A stretch of DNA of 64,000 bases from a virus (Duplodnaviria > Caudoviricetes): positions 32,001-96,000 of IMG/VR virus record IMGVR_UViG_3300028886_000055; one strand, written 5' to 3'. Under the pieces are notes generated by a model. The model was given only the letters and a program-made list of their open reading frames with translations, did no database searches and had not been told where the DNA came from. Below are positions 1 to 14,623 of this stretch, piece after piece (the stretch's first letter is position 1; each line of letters starts with the position of its first letter). Made by a program: the position numbers and the translations under genes.

Positions 1-3000
1 ATTCTAAAATTTTTAATTCCGAATCAGGTACATCAGTTTTTTCATTTATATGTTTTTCAAGAGAATCCTTAAAGGTAGTAAAATTTGATAATAAATCATC
101 ATAATCATCTCCTAAAAATGTTTTAAATTCTGGAGATTCGAGCCATCCGTCAATTACTTGAGCACGATCTTTTATTATTCCTAATTTAGTAATTAAATCT
201 GAGGTTTTTGAAATTATTTCTTCAAACTATGCACGAAGTTTATTGATTTCATCTAATAAATGGTCAAAATCAGCATCATCTTTTACTTGCTTATTTATTT
301 CACCTAACTGTTGAAGTAAATTATCTTTATTAGTACGACTTATTTCTGAATTCTCTATATCAGTAGTAAGTTGAGTTATGGCTTTTGTTACTCCTTCTAA
401 GTCTGCAGTAATGACTGGTGGTGTTGGAGGAATTGGTGAAGCAGATTTATAATCTTCCAATTGATTAATACTCTCCGCTAATTCTTCTAATCTTTTATCA
501 GACAATTCTTTTAATTTTTCTGCAAGTTTATCTGCATCAAGACTTTTTTCAACATAAGATGTAGGTATAGTTTTTAAATTTGGAAAAATCTTAGTTAAAT
601 TTTTATCAACAATTAACGTTCCAGTTTCTGAACGAGTTAACATTGTATATAGATTTGAAACATAATCACTTATATCAGATCCATGTTTTTCAAAATTGAT
701 GTCTACTATAACGTAAGGTGCTTCCAAACCCTATACTTTATCTGGAGTTAAAGACTAAATTTTTTCAGAAAATTCCGATTTTAATTTTGTAATTATAGGA
801 TTTTCACTTTCATCATAAACATATATTAACTATTCTCCAGTTGCAAGTAATTTTCTGATTTTTGATTCTTCTAAACTAGAAACAATTTTTTCACCTGATA
901 ATGGTTCATCTTCTCCTTCATAGTATAACAATGGCTTGGTATCAAACAATATTTGTAGATCATTCTATATTTTAGGAATAGTCGTCTTGTTTATTTCCTA
1001 ATCTGCATAACTAGCCATTGTTACAAGAACCTCTCCATTTTTGCGTTTCTAAATAGTTTTAGAACGCATACTTACACTTAATTTAGGAGCTTCTATAAAG
1101 AAAGCATTAAATCGATTTGGATTTTCTATTCGTTTAACTTCTTTAGAATTATCTTTATATTCATAACCATTCTAAAAAGAATCTCCGGAAAAATTTACAA
1201 TTATATTTAATTTCTATGCTAATGCAGATAATATCAAACCTGTAGCAATATCTAAATGAGTATACTCATCAACAATAATATTTCGAATTTTATCAGTATT
1301 TCTAAATTTTATTTTTGATAATAATTTTTCTAATTTTGTTTCATAAGTATCCTTATCAAAAGAAAACAACTTACTATTTTCTTTATTTTCAATATATTTC
1401 TTGAATTCTGCAAATTCTTCAGGATCTAAAATATGTTCAATAAAAGATTCTATAGTAAACTATTTTTCTGCATTAATTATACTATTCGCATTTTTGACCT
1501 ATGTATCATAAGGAGCAATTACATACGTATCAGTTCTAGCTTTATCTACATAATTACATTGTAGTTCATTTAATATAACTAGCATGGTTGTTTTTCCAGC
1601 ACCGCCTACACCGTTTACTCCAAATATATTAAGTAGTCTATGTAATTTTGTTTCAATAGGTCCTGGAACTTTATCAAATATTTCACTACTACTTACAAAA
1701 TCTTTAAATAATTCTTTGTTTTTAGAAAAAGCTGTACCTAAAAATAATAAATGTTCCTAAGCAGGTAGTGGTACTTTACTATATTTTGGCAATACAGATT
1801 GATAAAGTTGGTTAAATTCTTTTTTAGGTAAAGATATTACCGCAAATAAATAGTTTGCAACATCTATAGGCATTAAAGATTCAGTATGCTAATCAATTAT
1901 AGTAGACTATCTTAAAGATAAATCTCGTTTGTTAAAAATTTTTATAACTTGCGGGACAATTATTTTTGCTAATTCTACATCCGATAAACCAGTTTTATCT
2001 TTTATGTATAAATAATTGTTAGCAACTTTCTATTCAAGTTCATCTAATTCAAGTCTTCCTGATTCATCAACATCTTCTTTATCAATTAATTTCTAAAGGA
2101 TAGGCGTATCTATATCAGAAATGCCATCAAATAATTTTATACCATTAACTTGAATAGAATGTAATTCACTATAGTCTCCAACTCCTTTTAATACGCTACC
2201 TAACATTCTATTTAGATTCTATCCTGTTTGTTTTTGGGCATTTAAAGAATTTGCAGAATTTAAATTAGATATTCTTTTGAGAAATTCTAACTATGTTCTT
2301 AACTAGTTTATATCACCTTTCATCATTTCTGCTAAATCCGATCTAATTATTCCTAGCTATTTAATACCAGATAATTTAGATATAAAATCATTATATATAG
2401 CATTATGTCCATAAAGTTTATTTAAAGATAACTCTTCACTAGATGCTGCGTTTATTAGAGATTCAACTATATCTAAAGCAGTTAATGCAGATTCTATTTC
2501 TTTCATCTAGACATTATCTAGTTCAAAACCTTCAATACTAGATTTATCAAGAATCCCATTTAATTTTTCTAGTAAGTCAAACACTGTAGAATTTGTACTA
2601 CCTGTTTCAACCTAAATTTGCTTTAAAAATTCGTATAATGGACTGTTTTTAACTGTAGATAACTCAGAATCTAATTCTTTCTATAATATATAATTTTCAG
2701 TATTTCTTGCGATTTCAGAAAATGCTAAAACAGAAGATATTATTTTATTTTTTACATCTTCATAAAGCTAAAATTCATAATCATCTGCCTAATCTAATTC
2801 TAAAATTGCTTCAAATGTACTAAATAAATCTCTAATATTATTTTCTATTTCTGCATCATTATCTCCGTTTATTTTATCGATTATTTTCTATATATCATTA
2901 CTTAGATTAGTTAATTCTTTATTAAGTGTTGAAATCTATTCTTTACTTTCAAATAACGGATCAACACCATTTGTTATATTAAGTAGATTTTCTTGTAATT

Positions 3001-6000
3001 CAGTTAACTAATTATCAATATCCGCCTACTTGTCAAGAATTTCTGAATCAGTACCATATATTCTTAAAATAGTTTCTAATGAGGTAGTACCTATTGCTTT
3101 TTGAAGTAGTCTCTTAGTTTGTGTATCAATAAAGCCAACGTCTTTAAATTTTTTAATAATTTCTCTGATTTTAGTTGCTTTATTTTTAAGAGCTTCTTTA
3201 TATTTAACTCGATTTTCTAAATCAATTTCTGTTCTTCTTACAGCCTTTTGAGCATCATCTAACTACTAAAATTCCTTAATTTCTTCAGGTGATAATAATA
3301 GTTCTGGCTAATTAGGATCGTAGTTATCTGGATTGTAATATTCTGGATTATATTCTATTTTTAAAATAGGATCTATATCAACTTTACCATCCAAAAACAT
3401 TTCTTTTAATTCATCAATACTACTTACCTTTCCAGCTTGAATTAACTCATCTGTCCTTTCTTGATCTACTAACTCATTCCAAAGTATTTCTCTTACTTTA
3501 ACATGTTCTTCATAAGAATTTGCTTTATCATTAACCGTTTCTGTAAATTTTTCATTAAAATGTTTGTATAAATTATAAGCCTCATCAAATTTATCATATT
3601 TAGTTGCTTCTTTATATTTAATAAAATCTTCTTGTAATTTAGTTAACTATTCAGCAGTTAATTCTTCTTTCTCTTTACCTGTTTTAGCTTTTATATATTG
3701 ACTAAAATTTGCTTTATAGAAAGGATAATTTACAGATTCATCGATTTCAAACAATAACTTATCTACATACTCTGCAGAGGACTATTCTGAAAAGAAAAAA
3801 TCTCTACGTTTTCTTAAATCAGATAATTCTTTTTCTAATTTAGCTAAACCTGCTTCATATGCATTATGTTGTTCAGTTTTTCCATTATTTGTAGCACGTT
3901 CTTTAGATTCAACTACGTCTGGAGAAGTTTTCTTATACTATTCTATTTCAAGGATTTTATCAGCAATTTGCTAAGAAATTTTATTAAAATCCATAACTAG
4001 TCTAGATTGAGTTCCAGTTATACCAACAGCTTCTTGTATTTTTGATAATCTTTGATCCCCAAGTATTATTTTATCTAATACCTAATCATCAGACATATCT
4101 AGACCTTCTTGATGTAAAGCTCTATCAGTAACTTCTATAACTCTTCTAATCTAATTAGCAATTAAACTATTTTGTGAATCCTTTTCATTATCTGCAGTTA
4201 ACCAATTTAAAGTTTCGCCAACCTGTTCTGTTTTTGTTCCAGATAATGTAGTGCTTCCTAACTTACCTTTAGATTGAAGGACTCCTAATTCTTTAAGCAA
4301 TTCAGATTTTTTACCGTTTCTTAATAAATACGTTAATTCCTATTTTTCATTATCAGGACGTGTATTTCTACCCTATACCGTATCTACTCCATAAAAAACT
4401 GCACCGCCAATTGCACCTCCAAAGAAATTCATTAAATAACGATCTCCAGCATTATCCCAAGCATCCATTTTATCTTTACTTACAGTTAATCCTAGATCCT
4501 ATAACATATTAAACGTAGATTTAGTAAAATCTGTTACAAGTTCTTCAGAAACTTCTTCAATACCTTCACCTAATGACTTTCCAAAAAATCCTAATGAATG
4601 TTCTTTTATACCTTGCCAATATTTACTAGAAGCATTTCTGGCACTATCCATAATTTTGAATAATTTACTTCTAGTATCTTTAATACCTTGTGCAATCTAA
4701 TAGCCTTTCGATATATCCTATTTTAAAGTATTAATAGCTGCTCTATATATTTTAGCATCGCTTTGTAATTCAGGAAAAAATAACTCACCTAGACCTGTTC
4801 TATCTACTTTATACATTCCTAACGCTGCGCCCCATGCCATTAAAGCAGCCTCTGTTTTAGTAGCACCTTGAGCTAATGTATCTTCATAGATTTCAAATGC
4901 CTGCATACCAGCCATATACCCAAGAGATGCATTAGCTGCCATTCTATTATTAGCTTCAAGTAGTGGTTTTAATTTATTTTCTGATAATAGTTTATAAGCA
5001 CTATTTATGTTTTGAGATAAATCATTATATGTTCCTTGTAATCTAACAGTAGATTCTAAACCTTTTTGACTAGCTTCATTCGCTAATTGCTTATTTAAAT
5101 TATTAATCTTACTAGCATTTGCCTTTTTAAATAAATCAGCTATCGTTCTTTGTTGCTGCCACTATAATGCTACATCTGCAATAGTATTTGCAAAATTTTC
5201 AAGACTAAATAAATGTGATTGAGAATATTCAGAAGTACTTCCTTTAAACGATCTACTAATACCCTACATCTAATTAAAGAAAGGTAACGTAGTATCTTCT
5301 TTAGAAAAATTACCAGCAATTGTATTATATAACGTAGGTAATAAATCCATTAATTGAGTACCAACCATAGCGTAACCATAATACGGAGCTATAGGTGTAA
5401 ATAATGGTATTATAGAAGCAGCTGTTTTAGCAAGAGTTCCAGATACAGATTTGTCTAATCCGTCAGAGTCAAAGAAATCGTATTTATTTAAAGAAGAACC
5501 ATCTACAGTTAAAGTATCAAAAATAGATTTTACTTTCTTACCATAAGCACTTCTTCCACCAAGAGTTTCATAATAATAATCGCCATCCTCATTAACTTTA
5601 TATTCTCCTTTTTTGTGTTTTATTTTTGCACCAGTTATTGGATCAATTGTTTCCGTATCTGAATCATAAGTTGCTAAAACTAGCGGTTCAAATATAGATT
5701 TAACATATCCGACAAGTGAATTTTCTAAAGCATCGTCGTTTGGAGTACGATCAATAAATTCCTATTTTGTCCAATCATAAATTTTAGATTTTTGAGCTGC
5801 TTCAGATATTGTAATTGTTGGATCACTAATGCTTCCGATTCCACCAAATCCATAAACTTGTTTTAAAGGATTAGCTACTTTTTTAAATTCAATTTCAGGC
5901 TTTTTTATTTTAGCTCCAACTGGTCTAGTTGAATTATACATATCATATTCATAGTCCTAAGCCATCTTAGAAACAATATCATCATCATTTAGTGATTGGT

Positions 6001-6214
6001 ATGATGCAGCTGCAATATTATAAGCTTGTTCAAATTTGGCTTTATCAAATTTACCATCTGTTTGATATAGCTATTGTATATATTTATTATTTTCATAATA
6101 ACTTTTCTCTCGGAGTTGTGTATTCTCTGGAGTTAATCCTACCTATGAAAATTGAGATATTTCAAAGGTAGGGTTTTCTGATATAGCTAAAAACCAATCG
6201 TTTTCTTTATTCAT
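1..6214 (-). CDS. Giant (>2070 aa, runs off window) virion cargo/ejection protein with an embedded superfamily-1 (RecD/Dda-like) helicase domain
   Basis: ATG at 6214 (MNKENDW...). Track fragments 4718-4942 and 227-727 are in the same frame when TAG=Gln. Motifs: Walker A GVGGAGKTT (~1586-1612), Walker B IIVDE (~1261-1280), motif III GDSF[TAG=Q], motif V V[TAG=Q]GLE, motif VI LYTMLTRS. Confidence 0.8.
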
Positions 6215-6216
6215 AA

Positions 6217-8094
6217 TTATTCTAATTTAGAAGCACTTGCTGAAACATAATTGCTTGATTTTTTCATTGTATCTATATATCGTATATCATTCTATTTTAA
6301 AGAACTTGAATTCTATGCCATTACAGGATGCTGTCCAGAAGCGATCATAGCTGTATCTGTAGAATTTAATACTGGAATAAAAATCATACCAGCATATATT
6401 TTATCACCTACTGATACTGGATGATCTTTAGAAGATAGAGTATTTATCATTGTTGACTATATTCCTTTAGAATCTTTCTATTCTACAAGAAACTGTTCAT
6501 TGTCTATTTCTACTAATGCTGGATCAACAACACCGTCCTGTTTTCCAAACATACCTAAGAAACCACTTGAGCTTGCACTACCATAAGCTTTTGTCATTAA
6601 GAATGGTTTAACTTTGCTAGGATTCCAAGAACCATCTGGTAATAAATAATCTTCAAACCCGTGTTCTCTAAGAATACGTATTTGATCTTGTACATTATAA
6701 TTTCCAGATTCAATTATTTTATAAGCTTCTGTGAATTTTTTAATTAAATCAAAGTCAGGGTGTATTGTTCCATTCTTATCTAAAGCATACGGTAATATAG
6801 CTCTACTTAATTGAGTACCGTCATACATTATTTGATCATATTTAGATGGATCTATTCGCTAGTTTCCAAAATAAACTCCATTTCTGACATCACTGATTGA
6901 AGCTATACCCTAATTTAAGAAATTACTTAAAGAAGTCCGTTGGATTGGTTTTCCATCATTTCCAACAGGTTGTCCATAAAATTGTCCATTTACAACCATA
7001 GCTGTATGTCCTCCTGGAACTAATGTAATATTCTCATTTTGACCACCCATTCCAGTCTAATATTCATATAAGCCAGTAACTTGAATATCTCCAATTCTTT
7101 TACCTTCATTATCAGTAGCACCTTTAGTCGCTTGATTATCAAAGCTGACTTTCATATCCTATTCGTCAGTTAATCTACCTTGCAATAAATCAATAAGAAC
7201 AGAATCAACCGTAGTCCCATTTTCAGAAGCCCTATTCATAAGAACTGCACGTTCCTAGCGGGATAAAGATTTACTTAAATAATTTAAAAACGCTTTTGCT
7301 TGACTATTCTAAGAAACAGTTTTACTAGTTACTTTATAAACTCCATCTTCACCTTGTCCAATAATTTGTTCATAGCCTTTCATTAATTCTGCATTTTTAC
7401 TATCTTTATGAACAAATCCTTCTCGACTCATTGTACTTTTACCAAGTTTATCGATTTTATCAGTAATAGATTTTTCTATATCAGCAAAACTAATACTAGA
7501 TGCTACTAACGTTGTGAGTCCTCCTTTGTCCATAGCATGACCAGGAACATAAGCACGCATCTAAAGTAATTGTCCATTTGTAAGACGCTCAAATTTAGCT
7601 TCGTCTATTTCAGCGCTAGGCGATTTTAAATCAATTTTACCAGTTTCTCTATCTCTAACATAGATATGGCCGTCCTTAGTAACGGCAACCTAATCTAATG
7701 TTCCTTTTTCACGAGCGTGTTTTATAGCATCGTCATATTCTGCTTTATTCTATTTAATCTCAGGTAACATAGATAATAATTTAGTATAAATACGTTCCTA
7801 AGAATGTGGGTCTAATGGATCTACTGAATTACCAAATACATCAGCTTTCTATAAAAAATACTAAACATCACTCGGTAAACCATTTTCCATTAATATCTTC
7901 TACATCTCTTTATTTAAAAAACCGATATCTGAACTACTGCCGCTTTTTGAAGAGCTGGAGGACTTAGAGGAACTTGTAGATTCGGCACTTGCCGAACTAC
8001 TTCCAATTCCAGCATAAGCAGGTAGTGCCTACTCTACATTAGTATAGCTGACGAAGGCGGGTAAGCCTCCGCCAGCTAATTTTTTTATTCTCAT
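6217..8094 (-). CDS. Putative cargo/ejection protein (625 aa)
   Basis: ATG 8094 overlaps the upstream TGA (ATGA); starts MRIKKLAGGG. Fragments 7309-7560 and 6478-6828 are in frame via TAG; TAA at 6217. Confidence 0.75.
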
Positions 8095-11000
8095 TTTATT
8101 CCAACTGCTTTTTTAATTAAATCAGCTGAGAGTTGTGATACTAAAGCCATCGCTTTACGATGTTCTCTCTTATCTTCTCTTATATTCTTATAAGTTTCTC
8201 TAGCTGCTTGTCGAATATTCTTATTTATCTCGTTAGTTGTTTTTAAAGCTTGTCTTTCTGCAGCACTTAAAGTACCTCCAGATTTCAAACCTTTTGTAAC
8301 ATAATTTTTATAAATACCTCCAGTTATTCCAGGAACTTCTATAACTGGAGTTCTCTTTAATTGAAATGGTGTATAAGTATAATATTGTGATAATCCTCCA
8401 TATAAAACATCATACATTTCTCTAGAAACATCTTTAATCTATTTCTAATATTCTGGAGAAACTTCTCTTGCAAAGTAATTCCAAAAATCTCCATTATATT
8501 CTTTATATTTAGGATTATTTTCATTCCAGTTTTTAGCTTCCTATGACTATCTAGCTTTATAATTTTCCATAATAAGATCGTTCTTTTTCTCATATTCACT
8601 AGTAACCTTATATTTCCAATTATCAATTTCAGCTTGTCTTCGAAGAACATCTTCGTCACGATAACGTTTTTCAATACCTGCAAGGAAAGGTTGCCATATT
8701 TGTTCAAAGTTAGCAGTAAGTCTAGCGGCCTCGGCTTGTAATCTATTATTGTAAGCGGCTGTAACTCTACTTCTATTTTCGTTACCTGTAGCTACTTCCT
8801 GTGCTGCATTTTCATCATTAACCTAATTAAGTATTTGTAATGTCTTCCAATACATTTCGCTATCCTCAGCGTTACCTTGTTGTAAAGCCTAAGTAGCTTT
8901 CTACGCAGCTTCTAATCGTGCAGCATAATTAGTATCAGCATCACTACTTATTGGTCTCTAAGCAGCAGCATTAATTTTACCTGCCAACTCTTGAGCTAAC
9001 ATCTTAGCATTATAGTTACCATGAAGAATTGCAGTCTAATGCTATGGATCAAGTAGAGCAGTTTGCATCTACTTAGTAAGTTCTGTAACCTTATTGTTTA
9101 CATTCTCACCCCATAACGCTCTACCTAAAGCAATCGCATCCGCGGGATTTATATTTTTAATATAATTTAATACGTCCTCTCCGATCGTTTGAGCTTTAGT
9201 TTTACTCTAAGGATTACCATTACCTACAGCTTTAAATTGTCCTGTGTTTGGATCGTATTGTACTTCTTCACCAGTTAATGGATCAGTATGTGTCTAGCTA
9301 ATGCCATTTTCCTAAGTTGGCTAACTATTTGTTAATTTTAACATATAGTAATTAGTAGTAGGGTCTAGATAAATATCGGCTCCTACATCTTGCCAACGTT
9401 TCACTAAAGCCTTATAATCTTCTGAACCTTCATCAAAATCCCCTTTTCTACCAAGAATTCGTCTATCATCAGTTTGTGCTCCATATAAACCATCAGCAAC
9501 ATAAGTTTTATCCCAACTATCACCGTATCCGTCTTTTCCAACATTCCTATTATAATTAGTATCATAAGCACCATTTTTCCATTGAGCTTTAATACCTTTA
9601 GTATTTACAAAATCGTAATCATTAATAATAGCGTTCTGATAATCACTAGTGTTCTAATCAAAAGATACAGAATTATTTAACTATCCGTTTGTTGTATTTG
9701 TAGAATATATAGCACTGTGTTTAGTCTACATATTATTATAGGCATCAATGATTTTTTTCTTTTCTTCTAAAGTTTTGGCGTTTTTTAATCTTTCTAATAA
9801 ATCAGCCTCAATGTTATCATAAACATTAACTCTCCAGTTATTTCCATCTCCAAACTAGACATTGCTAAACTAATTACCACCAGCATATTTAGGAATAGAA
9901 CCTCCTTGCTGGTATAAAGAAATAACCCTAGAAATAAATCCGCCTTGCTGGTTAAATGTTATTTGATAACCCTATGTCATCGCATCAGCAATACTCATTT
10001 CTAAAGTTTCTTTACCTTTTTTAACAGTAACTTTAGTATTGGGGGAAATTCTCTATAATTTAGAATCTTTAGTAGCAAATACTACATTTCCGTTTCTATC
10101 TACTACAAGAACTGCGTTTTTATCTTTTAAAGCGCTCTACACAAATTTTATCTGTTTTTCTCTCTCGGCTTTTGTTCGAATAAGTTTAGAAGTGTTACCT
10201 GAAGATATATTGCGTTGCTCTAATAATAAAGGACGTGAAGGTATAGAAACCTTAGGATTAGATAATCCTGCAAACTAAGGCTGTGTAGAAAAAACTGTTC
10301 CATAATTGGGTTTACCTGGAGTAAATCTTGAAGTAGGCAATCCTAATGGATATTCACCTCGATTTAATCCGTGCATGATAGAAGCTTGTAAAGGACTTTC
10401 TGTTCTAGTTATTAATGACCGTGTACGATAAGGTGTAAATTCTGGAAATTCAGTACGCTAAGTTGCAGCTCTTCTAGCTCTATTCTATGCTCTTAATTCT
10501 GCGGCATTAACCTAAGATACTGTTCTTGCACCTTGTCCTTCAACAGTAGCTAATCTTTGGTCTGGCTATCCTGACCATCTTCTAAATTCTTCATCAGACA
10601 TCCGTGTTCTAGAAAAACTAGGCATCCAAGAAGGCATATGTAAATTCTATCGCCGATTATAAAAACGCTCAGATCTAGCATTCATAGGTAGACCCTAAGC
10701 TCTTAACCAATCTCTACGTTCATTAGGTTTAACTTCTTCTATAGATTTTAACTGCCGATTTCCGATATTTCTACTATACCAACTTGTACCTTCGTTTGTT
10801 GTAATAGGATTTCTACTACCTGCAAGCCAATAACGTCTACCACCTTCTGCAACATGTGCTCCATTTAAGAAATCATTTCCAAGAATTTCCTCTGCTTGTG
10901 CAGCTGTTTTCCCTTTAATTTTATTATATTGTTCAGGAGTCAATTCTTTAGAAAATCTACCCTTTTGTTCATTCTATAATTCTATAGTACGTTTACCCTC

Positions 11001-13226
11001 ACTAGGCTTACTAGCTCTAAATTCTGATTTAGTTTGTACTGCAGTTCTAGTACCTGCGCTCAGTGTTTGAATACCTCTAGCTATTGCTAATAATTCATCA
11101 TTTGTTAAGGATGAAAATCCTTTTTCTGTTAATTTCTTTGTTGCATTATATGCTTCTGGTAAAGTCTAAGTTGCTTGAAACGCTAACAATAATTTTGGCG
11201 CAAATCTAGTTAATACTTTAGCAGTTCTTGCAATAGGTGCTGATGCTCCTAATCCAGGAACTAGACCTAAAGCAGATATACCAATATTTATACCTAAATT
11301 TTTAGCTACGTCCAACTTACTTACTCTAGGATCGTTAACATCTGCATATAAATAAGATCCAAGACTACCGATACCTCCAACCCATGTTACTGGATCAGCT
11401 GCACCACCTGCAAGTGAACCTATAGTTTCTACGATATCAAAACCTGCACCTGCAATATTTGCCCAATCATAGTCTGTAAGTCCTCCAATAGGACTCTAAC
11501 CATGCTTCACTGCTCTATCAATCTCATCCTATTTTTTCTTTTGTTCAGCTTTCTATCTCCTTAATTCTTCAACAGTTACTCCTAAATCAGTTGCTTCGTC
11601 TATTTCAGCTTGACGTTTTTGAGACTAAATTTTATCGTAATTATTCCAGAATTGTGTAGTAGGATCAACACTGTTTCCCTAATTTAAAGCTGCATACATT
11701 AAACTTGCGCCAGACTATGCTTTTAATACACCTCCATTTTTATTAGATTGAGTTTGTTCAGTAGACTATTGTGTTGTAGACTACTAACCAGCATATTTAT
11801 TAGATAAAGTTAAATAATCAGATAACCAATTATCAGAAAGATTGGCATTGTTCTACTAATTATATAATTTAGTAAAATTGTTTAAAAGTTGTTTTTGATA
11901 ACGCTCCTAAAAATCATGCATAGATACTACTTTAATAGTATCGTTAACATAAGCCAAAACAGTTTCGTTTTCATAATCTTCACTGCCTGGAATTATATAC
12001 GCCTTATATCGTTGACTACCATCGTGTAAATCTGTAGTTTCATCTGCAGTCAAACCCATAGAAACTAACTGCTTCATAAGACCTCTCCACATATAAGGAT
12101 TTATTCTTCCAGAATATACATCTTTTATTGCTTGATTTAAAAATTTCTGAAATGAACCTTTTGTAAAATTAGAAAAATTATAAGCATCATTGGCTTTCTC
12201 TTTTAAATAAATCTTATTATATTTATTTATACTATTATATCGTTTATACCAATCACCTTTACGCCATTTAACATAATTATCTAAGGATTGTTCAACACTT
12301 TTATACTAATCTAATTTCTATAAGTCCTTAAGTTCCTCTCCTGGAGCATTTTGTAACTCATTATATTTACGTTCTTCTAAAGCAATATAGTCGGCAATTC
12401 CTTGTTCAGTATTTATACCTGCTGCAATTGCAGCCTAACGCCATTCTTTACGTTTATCTTCAATAGATACAGGTTTTAGTTCATCAGTATCGCTTGTTTT
12501 AGCTTCTCCTTTTAATAGATTGGCTAATCCGTAACCACCTAGTGCAGCATACGCTTTTTCAATTTCTGGATTTAATTCATCAGTATAAGGGTTTTCTAGT
12601 AATTGTAATAGATTAGCCCGTTTTGTATTAAATCCTTCTACGTCTTTATACTCATCAGCACTATAGTTTAAATCAGCAAGAGCTTGTCTAAATATAGTAT
12701 ATCTATCCTATGGCGTAAGTTTATACCATCCTTCTTGCATAGCTTCTGCATTACCGCCATAATTATTATCCATAATCTTTTTGGCAATATCCTATGTCAA
12801 TGATGAACCTATATTTTTAAGTTCTGGAGCTTTATATTCACTCATAACATTGTTATTAAATAACGTATTGTAATAAGCAGTACCTAAAGTTGCTCCAGCA
12901 CGTTTATCATTAGTTATATCACGTTTAAATAATCCTTTACCTTTCGTATTAAATGTTCCATCAGATTCATATTCCTATGAAACATTGTTCATTTTATTAT
13001 GTCCGTAACTTAGTTCTCCTGATTTAAGTCCAGCTAGAGAATACTCCAAATAATCTCTTACTGCATTTTGAGTTTCAGCATCCCAGTTATTTGCTTTAGC
13101 GTGTGCCTCAAAGTTACCCCATACATTTCTTTCTATATCATCGTAGTTGTAATCTTTACCATCTATTTTCACAATAGTTGGTTTAGTTTTACCACCTTCC
13201 TAATATTTTCTTATTACTTGTGCCAT
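8091..13226 (-). CDS. Large cargo/ejection protein (1711 aa)
   Basis: Starts MAQVIRKY[Q]EGG at 13226. Track fragments at 12975, 11907, 10695 and 8091 are all in the same frame. Position matches the crAss-like giant ejected-protein block. Confidence 0.75.
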
Positions 13227-13240
13227 ATATTACTAAATAA

Positions 13241-13277
13241 AAATAAAGGGAGAAACCATTAGCTCCTCCCTCTATTT
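13241..13277 (-). terminator. Imperfect hairpin, possible intrinsic terminator
   Basis: aaataaagggag...ctccctctattt with an A-run on the + strand (U-tail on -). Confidence 0.4.
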
Positions 13278-13290
13278 AATTAAACATTAA

Positions 13291-13575
13291 TTATCTAACT
13301 CGTACTAGTTTAGCACCACGTCTTGCATAAGTGGGTTCCTCAGCAGGAGCCTCTTGAGGTGCTCCACCACCTTGTGCTAATTGCATAAGTGCTTGGCAAA
13401 CAGCCATAGCTGCTTCACAATTTTGTTCTTGTAATGCCTATTGAGCAACTTGTAAAATTTGCATCATAGGATCTTCACCACCTTGCTCAGGTGCTGGTGC
13501 GCCACCTTCCATTGGTGCGCCTTCTTCCATAGGGGCTTCCATTGGGCCACCTTCCTAAAAGCGTTTAATTCTCAT
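13291..13575 (-). CDS. Small Pro/Gly/Glu-rich putative capsid-internal protein (94 aa)
   Basis: MRIKRF[Q]EGGPMEAPMEEGAPMEGGAPAPEQGG...YARRGAKLVRVR*; absent from the track because of two TAGs. Confidence 0.75.
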
Positions 13576-13632
13576 AATTATTAATAATTAAAATTTTAGT
13601 TAATAAACAATATATTGTTACTGATATATCTA

Positions 13633-13664
13633 CAAATATATAATTATAAATTTTATATTCCAAT
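13633..13664 (-). promoter_or_regulatory. Bacteroidota-type promoter (-7 TAnnTTTG, -33 TTG)
   Basis: Minus strand TTG-N~20-TATATTTG, ~60 nt upstream of the 13575 start. Confidence 0.5.
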
Positions 13665-13718
13665 TATTTTTAGCAAATAATAAAAATATTAGGCTTATGT
13701 ATTATTATCAGTCTTTCT

Positions 13719-14585
13719 TCATTTTTTAGAAACGGTTTCATTCCAATCTTTTACTATATTTTTTACATCAGTTTCAGATAAAGCAATAAAACTCCAAACA
13801 TATTTAATTTCTCCTCTTTTTCCATAAGGTTTCCTTAAACTAACAGCTTTACTAATTCTAGTACTCTAATATTTCTATTCTCGTTCTGCTTGCAATGCAG
13901 ATTCCCAAATATTAACTAGTTCACCTTGTAAAGTATACTAGAAAACTTGTTTAGATTTCCCATTTAACTTTCCAGTTCTTCCTGTACCTCCTTTATGTTT
14001 TGGTATATCTGGTTTTCCAATATTTTCTTTCGAATCACCATATCGCCATTGATAATTTTTAGAAGTGTACGATTTTCCTCTGCAAACGGCAATTATCTAA
14101 CTTGAATCACACCCTGTTGCTAATTGTGCATTTGCTGCAGAATCATAAGTAGCGATATAATTACCGTCGATATCGTACTAAGATACCTATTTAATCACAG
14201 AGGCTTTTAATTTAATTTTATGTTCTTCAGATAGATGTGTGCCATAACTAGGATGATCACTTCCTCTTAATTGTCTACCTCCTATTGTCATATTGTATCC
14301 ATTTTTAAACGAATCGTATTGTCCTATATAATAGATTTCTCTATCATTTAAAATATCAATAGTTTCTTCTAAAGTTTCTTTAAAAATAGTATATAACACT
14401 TCATATTGAAAAGAATCCCAACCGTATTTTCTTATTGCTGTGTAAAATTTAGAATTATACTATTTGCATTCTGTATTAAACGCATTATGCTCATGTTGAC
14501 GTTTTCTTCTATTTTCATCCGTAGTCTATCCTATATAACATTTACCACTAGGACTTGTATATTTATATATAATACCTTTTATCAT
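13719..14585 (-). CDS. Free-standing GIY-YIG homing endonuclease with NUMOD3/NUMOD1-type DNA-binding repeats (288 aa)
   Basis: MIKGIIYKYTSPSGKCYIG[Q]T, ...GYNMTIGG, HLSEEHK, [Q]YDIDGNYIATYDS and [Q]YTLQGELVNIWES repeats. Confidence 0.85.
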
Positions 14586-14623
14586 AACTTATTAACATTA
14601 ATCATTATAAATCATCATTAAAC

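Noticed and set aside
6217-13226. Calling the large cargo genes virion RNA polymerase subunits
   Set aside because: Synteny is suggestive, but I did not find a DxDxD catalytic motif by eye; a profile search is needed.
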